Assembly: GCF_964204645.1 (NCBI RefSeq)
Contig: NC_134033.1
Coordinates: 10,424,655-10,488,654, forward strand
Origin: Tubulanus polymorphus
Taxonomy: Eukaryota; Animalia; Nemertea
Length of the DNA: 64,000 nucleotides
Direction of reading: 5' to 3'
A program made the translations under genes and the position numbers. The notes under the pieces are model-generated. The model ran no database searches. It was not told the DNA's origin and was given only the letters and a program-made list of their open reading frames with translations. This document shows, piece after piece, positions 7,529-17,879 of the stretch. The stretch's first letter is position 1. Every line of letters starts with the position of its first letter.

Positions 7529-10500
7529 TAACCATAAGGTAATGTTTTTATACCATCATCTGAAATATGCCTTTTATCATCAAATGGATTTAAACTAGTT
7601 TTTTCAACTTCATTAATGTACATCTCATGATCTTCTGATCTTAAACAATTCATCTTGTGTTTCATTACAATTGATTTATATAAACACTTTATATAATCTT
7701 GAAATTCTATATGTTTATCAACCACATGTTTTGTTATTCCTTTTAACTTTTTAGCTTCATGATCTTTTGTTCTGTAACTATACATTTTACTTCTTATCCC
7801 AACAAATTCAATCATTTCATCACCTCCTAATTCATCTTTAAATTTACCAGGAATCTTTTTATTATCATTGCTAAATAGTTCATGATCTTTAGGATAATTG
7901 CTAAAATCAAAATGATGTTTTAATGTTTTTAAGTCTTTTGTTATGTCATTTGTCTTGATTTTTAGTATGTAACTGTCAGTATTTTTTGGATTAATGGGAA
8001 CCCAGAATTGAATGTTCCATCATCTGTTGATAAATCATAAACATAGTCAGTTGGGTTATATATTTCAAATAAATCTTTAACTTCTTCTGTTAATTCTTTT
8101 TCTACATGCCTTAAATTAAAACAATTTGGTTTAGATTTAATTAATTCTATATTCATATTAAATCCTAATGAACTGCATAACACATTTAACCCACTTATTG
8201 CACATTTTCCTTTCTGTGCAAAGGTTATCGTTTTATCCTTTATAAATTTTTTAGTACCATCGGCTGCGTAGAACCCAATGAAGAACCATTTTCTAAGATT
8301 ATATTCTGAATTTAATATATAATCTGGTACTATTTTTTCTTTAGTTGAAGTATTACTTTTCACTATTGTATGAATATAGAATTCATCATTATATTTTATA
8401 GCAAAATCTTTAGGATTATTTACAAGTATTCTATAAACCGCGGATGATTTCATAACATCCATGATTCTAAATGTTTTATGTGAATAAACTTCTTCACAGA
8501 ATTTCTTAATTCTTTCTAATAATTTTAAGTCTTGATTGCATAAATACCAACAATATTTATTACCCCAAACATATTTATACACACCTGCTGAACCATCACC
8601 CATGAAAAATCCTTTGATAAAATATTCTTTTTCTTCCAATGTTTCGGGTTCTATATTATAAATATTATCAATTATTTCATCAAATGACATATGATTCATT
8701 CTTGGGAAAAATCTTTTATGTAATAATTCATCTCCAATTTTTATATCAGTTGGTTTTATTTCATCACCATTTCGTTTAATTAAACTGTGGTCTTCAGTAA
8801 CATCTACAAATCCTAATTTAGTTCTAACTCTATAGATTTTCTTATTTGTTTTATGTCTAATAATATTCTTTAATTTTTTCCATCCATTTCTTGTCCAAAC
8901 ATCTATTAAACCATTTATTTGTATTAGTTCTTTTTCACCATATGAAATATAAGATTTATTTTGATTAGGAATTATTTCTGAAATTCTTCTAATTAATATT
9001 TGGTTATTGTATTTTAATAATATTGGGGTGTCAGCTGTTACAGAATCGAAGTATAGAATTTCTATATGTTTTTCCCCAAACAATGGTTGTAATACATTGT
9101 AATAAAAATCATACATTAATAATTTTGATATTTCTAAAACTGTTGAACCAATGAAAATGGGTTTATTAAATTTCATTGACGTTCTTTTTAATTTTACTGC
9201 TGTTAAATAATCTTCAAATCTTTTATTTCCTAAATGTCTAGGACTTGATTGTAGGTGTCTCAATCGTTCAGAATTATTTACTAATTCAATATCATTTCTA
9301 TTTCTAATATTTTCACATGTTTTACCATAAAAACTATTGTTCATTAATTTGAAGAAATCTTTTTCAAAATCTGTTTTTGATATGGTTCTCTGTTGAGTAT
9401 TGAAATCTATATATTTTTCTAACCACTTTGATTGATTAAATTCAATATATCTATGTACTTTCTTTAATTTCATTCCTTGTTTTAGATAAAATTTTAACAT
9501 TCTATAATGAACAATATAATTGTATTTATTATTTTGAGTAAGTATTAATTTTTCTGTAAAAACATGATCTTTCGGTTTTATTTTCTTCTGGTATTCACTT
9601 AAATAACTATCATCTACAGTTAAATGTTCTGGGCAATAAGGTAAGTTTCTTGTTTTAAACTTTATGTTATCAGGATATTCTAAATCAACTACAAAGAAAT
9701 AACCAATTGGTGCTTCATCTTCTAAACTCATAATTGCGCTTTCCCAATTAGTTTTATCATCATTTTCAACTTCTGTTAATATAAAATTTTTATATGGTTG
9801 AGGTTGCATCATTGCCCAACCATATAAATCATTGGCGTCAATATATAATAATTTATATTCATCATTTGCTTTAAAATACCTATCTCCCATAACACCACTA
9901 ATTCCACCTCTAATTGATTTTTCAAATAATAAAACCATATCTGGTTCTTTTAATAAATCTAATTCTACATTTGTATATTTTAAACCACATTGCCAGGTTA
10001 AACCAGGACTTGAATAACAATAACAAGGATCAACATTAAAATGATTCAAATTAACTTCTCTAAATTTTTCAAATATGTCAGCCAATATCATAACATCTGA
10101 TTTTAAATATAAATCAACTAATTCGCCATGATTTTTCATCTTAAAATGGTTCCAAATATTTAATGTTCTATTAAACACTTCGTCTTTCACATACTCCTCT
10201 TTTAATTTATCATAAAATTGATCTTTTAATAATTCTGTTACATTAAAATCATCATGTGTTTTATAAAATGAATAAGGAATTGCGCCTTTATATCTCAATA
10301 ATTTAAAATCTTGTTCATTTGGATAATAATATCGAGTTATAACAAAATCATTATCAACTAAACTTTTTGATAAATTATCTAATGAACTTGCTAGAAATCT
10401 ATAAGAATCTAAAAATCTAATGCAACCAAATTGAAATGAAATATAATTTTCAGATGTTTTAGCTAATAGTTTAAAATCATATTTTCTTACATTTGCTTCA

Positions 10501-12587
10501 TTCATAGCATTATATTCTTCTATTTCTTGATTAATTGCACCCAATTTTCCTGATAATTGTTTTATAAATAGATGGGTATCATAGCCTGATAAATTATGAA
10601 ATAATATTGGTACGAAATTAACTTTCTTAGCTTGTAAATTGCAATCTTCATGAGCAGCTCCACGATATTTTGAATTCAAATGATCATGATCTCTAACTCT
10701 TTTATCAAATGAATAAAAACGTTTTTCACAATAACAACAATGAGTTGCATAATTAAAATCAATTTCATCTTCTTTTGTCATAACTATTCTTTTATTTTTG
10801 TTTAATAATTTTGTAAAATCACTTTCTAATTCAATCATTTTATCACAAAAATCATTAACTACATTTTCACCTCTAAAAGAAATATATTGACTTTCATATA
10901 ATTCGGGATAATTTGATTTGATGTAAATTCCATAAGCAGCAGCTCTTTGATGAACTTTTTTAATTGTATTTATAATTGGCGGGTCTTGTATTGTGTCTTC
11001 ATTTAATTCATTTCCTTTATCCATTGATTTTAATAATTGCTTTTTGTTATATATTTCTTTTCTATCTTGATCAGTTAATTCTTTATTCAACGATTCAAAA
11101 TCCCCATAAATTACAAATGGAACAATATTTTTAAATTTATGATTAGTAAATTTCAATTTATAATCTTTTTCTGTTGGCATTATTAATTTACAAAAATCTT
11201 TATTATCACATAATTCTTTATGTTTTAATAATGTATTCTCAGTCATAAATTTGGATAAACATTTTCTACATAGATAAATTTTATTATGATGATCACTTTC
11301 TGTTCTAAAGAATAAATCAATTTGTTTTAACCACATATAATGTTCATTTTCATCTTTTTTGTAATATAACAAATCTATAGCATTTTCATCATCATAATAT
11401 TCTGTTAAATATAAAGCTTCCAATGTATAATCTTTAATATTTTCACCTTTTGTCTTTGGTAATTGCATTAATTCGAATACATTTATTTTTAAATTATTAA
11501 CTTTTTCTATTTTAGGAATCATTTTTATAGTTACTGGATATTGATCAATTTTATATAATGTTTCATATTTCCGATAATCTGTTATTCTACAAACATTTTC
11601 CTGTGTTGGATGTAAACAACTAATAATTGACCATAGAAAACATTTATTATCTTCATTTTGAACATTTATTACTGCTTTTGTTGTAAACGGTAATTTGATA
11701 TAACTTGATGCTTTCATATCCTTTTCTGTTGTAAAGTTTGAATCATTTTTAAACATTTTATTACTTTTTGATGTTTTATTCCTTTTTGTATTATAAACAT
11801 TTAAATCTAAATATATAATTTCATTCAATGTTAAGCCAGAACCCTCAAAATATCTTTCTTCAATATGACGTTTAAATTCATTTAATATTTTTTCTAACTT
11901 CTCTTTTATTTGTGTTTTTGAAATTATTTCTTCAGAGTGTGTTTGAATATTATAATCCATTTTTTCTTCTGACTTTATAAAACTTACTTTCCCAGAGATA
12001 CTAATTTTTGGATATTCAACATCTGTTATCAAATCTAGTATTTTTTCTATTATTTCATTAAATTTACTATAATCTTCTATTGTTGTACCTTTAAAAAATC
12101 TAAATATAATAGCTGCAGGACCAATTTTACTATGTAATGTTTCTAAGATTTCAATTGTATCTTTTATTTCTAGTGAATCAATATAATTTCTAATATTTTC
12201 CATGTAAGGTTTATTTGAAATGGATTTAGTTTTTGAAGTTGATTCTTTTACTTGTTGAGGTTTATCATCAAAATAATCTATTCCTAAAACATTATTTCTC
12301 AAATTTTGATGGTGTTTTTCTGTTTCGAGATGTTTATTATAATTCCTTTTTGTTATAAATTCATCACAAACTTCACATTTTATTTCATCCACATTCATAT
12401 TTTCTAATCGTTCTTTTCTTTCAATGGAATTTTCTGGAGTTTCAAAATCTATAACATTTTTTATATGATTTGAAGATTTTTCATGTTTAGATTTATTAGA
12501 TTTATCGATGTATTTTTTACAATATTGACAATAATATTGATTTTTATTGATATTATTGTTTTCTAGTTGGTGTTCATTCTCCCCCAT
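7525..12587 (-). CDS. Protein-primed DNA polymerase B, intein-containing, with a 1-nt frameshift at ~7982-7987
   Basis: ExoI YGDFES, ExoII FHNLSGYD, ExoIII YLKSDV, motif A YIDANDLYG, motif B KLMNNSFYGK. Motif C is split as YFD|intein|TDS. The C-extein TDSYILKIKT..PGKFKDE..EFVGIRSKMY..KLKGI..FDDKR..TLPYGY* (7980-7525) is in the shifted frame and includes ORF 7525..7815. Confidence 0.95.
7981..9044 (-). mobile_element. Intein with LAGLIDADG homing endonuclease (355 aa if one A is restored)
   Basis: Block A SVTADTPILL; block B VTEDHSL; block C FIKGFFMGDGS; block E FFIGFYAADGT; block F YVYDLST; block G LIQK(N)/T. Confidence 0.93.
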
Positions 12588-12674
12588 TTATTAGGAAAAA
12601 AAATTACTTGTGGTGATGAGTGTTAGGAAAAAAATTACTTGTGGTGATGAGTGGTGTCTCGTACTTCGTACTCT
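12588..12674 (-). repeat. Subterminal 31-32 bp direct repeat and putative Polinton terminus
   Basis: ttaggaaaaaaa(a)ttacttgtggtgatgagtg occurs twice (12591-12653), followed by gtgtctcgtacttcgtactct; composition changes beyond this point. Confidence 0.55.
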
Positions 12675-13266
12675 GATCTGAAAGCCTACTTTCCCAATTA
12701 CTCAAATTATAGGCAAAATAGTGCCCGTATATCACAGGAATAATGCCCCGTCGGTGATCCTGTACCCAAAAACTGACCTGATCAGAATCAAGATGGCTGA
12801 ATGCCGAAATCAGCAATTTTGCACATTTTTTAAAAATTTGCTTTCCAAGCATCCAGCCGCGTACGTACCGTATGTAACTTGTTAGTATAATATATACTGC
12901 ATACATACATGACAAAATAAATATTGTATTTAAATTATTGTAGCGATAAAATTAGTTGCAAGATTTACATATTTATACATTTATTGACAATGAAACAGTA
13001 TATAATGTAATTATCCGAGTTTTGTCAACGGTTATGACCGCGTATTTCATAATCGTTCAAAATCTATATTTCGAATCGTTTGGTCAAGTTTGATTTTAAT
13101 TTACCGGTGAACAATGCGGTTATTCGAATCAATCATCGCGTGGTGTCTGGTGGTAACACCAGTGATTGCAATTCCTTACACATCACATCACATCACTAAA
13201 TATCACGTATATACAAACACCACGCAGACTGGACACTTAACAGACGTAGTCCACCTCTACAGCGCC

Positions 13267-16200
13267 ATGGAGATTTTATATTTCAGTACAAATTTGTTAC
13301 TTTTCTTTGCGTTAGTTTTCGTATCAACGAAAATCGTTTCGGCGCAGTTCCCATTAGGTAAGTGGCGATCGCACGGAGACTATTTGGCCCGGGCTTAATT
13401 GGCACAGAGAGGGCTCGAGCCAAATTTGGCCCGTGTCACTCACTCGATACTAAACAATGCTCAAGCAAAGCGAAGTGAGTCAATTCCGGAACCTGTTGCA
13501 ATTCAAACGCAATCATCTTGTCCAGTGCTAAAATTTGGAAATGATTCACTTCGCTTTGTTCGAGCATTTTTTAGTATCGATAATTGAGCGATTTGCGTGT
13601 GAGCGCGCTCTCTGTTTAGGCACGGGTCAAATCGGGCCTGATCGGTGCCAATTCGGCCCCGGCAGAGTCCCTTTTATATTATTACATTAACTAACAATCC
13701 AATTACGATAATGATCAAAATAACAATACGATAATGTCACATCCCCGAAATTTTAGCTAAATTTTTGCTAAATTCTTTACCACGTACCAGTTTTGAACTT
13801 CAACTTTTGATTCTTAATGAGTTATGTTGATGTTGTATTTAATGTTTAACAGTTCCAGAGTTAGACAGAGCATCAACATTAGAAAATTGCCCATCTTCAA
13901 TCCTGTCCTGGTTTTACGCCAAAAAGGGTTACGCGATTCATCTACCGAGAAATTCCAACAGTTGTAATTCAACAGATGATCAGACACCAAACAACCCCAT
14001 CAGGCCCATTTGTAACAATCTTTAACCTGCTGTAACAAACTTTTTGACACACCTACTGCTAACCCCATACGCGTTAGGTAATCTTTCAACAGCCCCTGTT
14101 ACAAAAATATACTAGAGTTATACCCGTGGAAACCACGGGTGATTTCCTTTGGCCCAGAATTTCAAACTGTTCATTATATTGGCAACGGAATTTATTCAGG
14201 CCATTTAAAAATCTAATGTGTCCATGCCCGTGGAGACCGCATGAGCTATGGTGACCTGTGCGATGTAAACCGGGAACTATCCGGGGTGAACAAAATATGT
14301 GCGCAGCTACGCGGGACTCGAACTCTTGGGCCATTGCGACTGCACAATGGAGTTGCTCTGTAAAATCGTTTTGATGCAGTGAGAGTCTATGATTAGAATT
14401 CCTGCGAAAATTGTGTCTGCCTCCGTCCGGGGACATTATATATGGTCTCGAAACGAGAAGAAAAACTAAATACATATAATACGTAATACAATGATTGACT
14501 ACCACACACAAAATTTCAAAGACAAATTCTTCTCCACGTCGACACTATTTGGTACATAGCTTCGTATCAATATACAGATAATCATTGCGCAGTCCAAGAC
14601 TTAAATTCGTATGCGTTTGTTCAGGTTTGTATGGTGAGTGGTCGGAATGGAGTAGTTGTAGTGTAGACTGCGGACTCGGAAAAAAAGAACGAACGTGTAA
14701 CGATGAAGAGGGTCGACCGTGTGAAGAGGGCGGACAACCACGTGAAAAAGCTACAGATTACTGTTTTGAAATGTGTGAAGGAGGCAAGTCTTTTAGAGCT
14801 AGTGACGCTGGGGTACCAGGGTCGGGTTACCACGCCTTCAATTTCCATATTTCATATTAGAGTCAACCTTTCTCATTACGTAGTTTATCAATTTTAAGTA
14901 AAATCTGTACGATAAATTGATCGAGAAGGCCAATCTCAAATCTATCTGATGACTCGTTTGATGATTTTTGGATTGGCAGCCTAAAGCCGCGATCACACGG
15001 AGACGATTTGGCCCGGGCCAAATTTGGCCCATGCCTAATTAGAATACGAGTTAACAATTAAACCACTCACTCGATCCTTAGTGCCAAAACAGCGTGCCAA
15101 TTCAGATGCGTTTATACCGCACGACGTTTGCTCTGAAGATACCGCGCATTTCATTGGCTAGATAGACTGGTGGGCGCTGAACGTTAACCTGTCCACCCAA
15201 GAAATCGTGGGCGATTATAATAGAACAATGAAGGGTTTGCGGCCAGGGTTTGTATTGGCGTGAGCTCGTCGGTAATCAAACCTTGGCAAACGAGGATGTA
15301 CTGCTATAGAACACTGTAGCAAGGCAAATTTCATCCAGTTTTTAACTGCTAATTCATTCCGAAAACTTAAATCTGTTGGAAGATAATAAGATAAAAACCC
15401 ACTACGTACAAATTAAGAGTATATCAAAATCGAGAATCTATTCATTCAAAAAAGACATGACGTTTCGATCTCACCCTAAAGATTAACGTCAGGTGTGAGA
15501 TTATGGAGCTAGAATACTCCGAGGCGACGATACTGAGTAAAATATAGCTAACCCATCAACGATGTTCTATTTTTTTAATATATCAAAGTATTTTGTTAAC
15601 ACGTGCGTGTTCTTGATTATCTGTCATTTAAGTGTAGTACACACACTTATAAAGAAGAATAAACAATACGGTATATTTTTCTCTGCTGATGACAATATAT
15701 ATTCAATATATATCAACCCACCATCCACCAATGATCCTCCCAACTACGATGACTATACTTCACTAACTTTCCTTCACTTTACTCTATTTGATAAACTTTT
15801 GGTCTTAGTACAAAGACAATTTGAGTGATTTATACGGTACATAGAAATAAATACATTATACGACGTAGAGTAGGTAGATACCTATTTAAATATTAATTTA
15901 TATGCGAGCTATTTTTAGGGAATCAAGTGAAAATCCCGATAATTCTACCAATGAAAATACACAGTTTGCGAAGTTCGGTTCTGCCTTTGGTTTGCATTAA
16001 TGATTTATGTTTGAAAAGGTTGGGGTTCGTATAAGATCTTCCGTCCAGATATAATACCCTACTATCATTTGAATGTGTACAGTTGCAGGCGCGGATCTGA
16101 TTTTTTCCAGGAGGGGTTCATAAAGAATGTTAATATTAAACAACCGACTAAAATATCTGATAGGGGCAATATAGGGGCATATTGTTTGGCATATAAGATG

Positions 16201-16669
16201 GTATGGTACCGATTATGTAATACTGTTCACCCGCTTTGTCTTGACTACATTAATTCAAGAAAACGATTGAAAACAAACTTTTTGGTAGCTGAGCTGGGGG
16301 GGGGGGGTTACGACCCCTAAAACCTTCGCTCTGGATCCGCGCCTGAGTAAAAAGGGTAGCGAAATTCGTCCCCAATCCCATTTTTACACAATTGACATGT
16401 TCTTTCAGCACTGTATTTATTTCAACCCGTTCGAGCCGTCATTTATTTTGTGTATATGTATTTCAATTTTCTCAGATCACAAGATCTATTGCGATGGTTT
16501 TATCAGCAACAATTGGAATTTTTACGGCGAACTAGCGGCATACACTGGGTCACGTGAACCTGCCAGACTTTGCGGTTGGGTGTCGTATGAAACTGGTGAA
16601 GCGGTTTATTTAGAATTTCCACCGGAAGGACCGGACAGTATCATCAGACAACCACGAAGAGATGACTGA
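13267..16669 (+). CDS. Small secreted thrombospondin type-1 (TSP1) repeat protein, spliced (possibly a pseudogene)
   Basis: Exons 13267-13357 (signal peptide MEILYFSTNLLLFFALVFVSTKIVSA), 14625-14783 (YGEWSEWSSCSVDCGLGKKERTC) and 16476-16669 (stop, then AATAAA ~16697). All junctions are phase 1. Confidence 0.6.
13365..13672. mobile_element. MITE, Harbinger-like family with the GCGATCACACGG..TTTGGCCC terminus; related copies at ~14983-15075 and ~45457-45650
   Basis: Imperfect inverted ends and dispersed homologous copies. Confidence 0.5.
15455..15496 (-). ncRNA. Degenerate minimal type I hammerhead ribozyme (family A)
   Basis: acac-CUGACGU-uaaucuu..gagauc-GAAA-CGUC-augu; the core A9 is mutated. 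Confidence 0.45.
16086..16345. mobile_element. MITE with CAGGCGCGGATC terminal inverted repeats
   Basis: caggcgcggatctg ... ctggatccgcgcctg. Confidence 0.6.
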
Positions 16670-16769
16670 TTATTGTTTGCCAATTTCCTCGCCAAAAATA
16701 AATGATGTTTTATGTCTATCTATGCCTTTGTCTGCCTATCTATCACAACAGTTTTCGACAAGAGATATG

Positions 16770-17470
16770 GTCCCTTCTCATCGCACTTTTCACATAATAC
16801 GGTGAGAAATTCTTCTTATGTTTCCTGAGTTTTCCTTTGAAGGGATGCATAGACTGTAGAAATAGCAGAATCAGCCAGAGGGATATGGATTACATACAAG
16901 AACAAAGTTGATTGGTGCCGTCTGGAAATTTCCGTCCAAAAACCACGTATCAGCTTCACTGAGTTTTTTTTTTCAAACATACGTCTATTGCAAAAATTAC
17001 GATTCTTGATGTTGTGCTCGCGTTATCATACTTCAGGAACTCTTCCCCGTCCTCTCTGAGATACCATATATCTGTAACGAACAGTTCATCATGGTTGCAG
17101 GATCTTTCGGATATTTCTTGCATCGAACTCTTTGTATTACTTTCGTGCCTGTGAGTAATCAGCGTGAGGTATTCGGCTTTGTACATCTGGGTTCTTAAAT
17201 CTTGAAATTATTTCTGAATGTATTCGGAATTTCTCTCGTATTTTCAGCTCGTTTCTTCATCTGGAATCTTGCTTTTGTCTTCAATTTCTGTCATATCTTT
17301 ACAATGACTAAATTCAGCGGTTTCTCTTGGACCAGTGATTTCTTTATTCGTCATTAAGCTACCTTTACAGCCATCATTTCTTTTTACACACACGTAGCAG
17401 ATACTTTCTTCTTTGGTGTTTGCTTTGTATACGAGGAACCACTATAACACAACTTTAGGCTACCTCTGGG
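16770..17470 (-). pseudogene. Mutator-like (MULE/FLYWCH) transposase remnant
   Basis: Frameshifted fragments EEFLKYDNASTTSRIVIFA, TWFLDGNF, LQRKTQETYEE and a FLYWCH-like CVKRNDGCKGSL. Confidence 0.65.
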
Positions 17471-17879
17471 GGTTTGAAGGGAAGTGAGTTTTTGAGGTGG
17501 TGGTGAAGTAGTTTTTTGTTACGTGGCAGTGAACAATAAAGTCGTAGCTCTTAGATCTGAATTCGGTCGTTAGATTCGTTTATTGATTCGTGTATTTCGC
17601 ATTAGTCCGTCAGAACATCTGGTACTTTCAATTATTTTTGGGAGTGGTCCTTTAAGCACAGAGTTTGATAATAATAAACTTCATTGTCGAAGAAATATTT
17701 CTTTTATGACAAATAATCATGATACATACAAATTATACAGATGACGGAGAACAAAGCATTTAAATAATAGAAATAGTAAATAATTGAAAAGAGGGAGATT
17801 GAAAGTGTAAATTAACTGACTCACGCTTAATTTTGACTTTTAAAAGAAACAAATGAAGGTCATTCATATTACATGAGTT

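Larger units (their letters stand above)
1..12674 (-). mobile_element. Polinton/Maverick (adintovirus-like) endogenous viral element, left part outside the window
   Basis: Abruptly AT-rich block of tightly packed intronless ORFs including pPolB, major capsid and penton genes. Putative terminus ...GTACTCT at 12674 (5'-AGAG on the minus strand). Integrase, ATPase and protease are not seen and may lie left of position 1. Confidence 0.92.

Noticed and set aside
7525-7815. 96-aa ORF as an independent gene
   Set aside because: It is the end of the PolB C-extein; the frame is open upstream to TDS at 7980.
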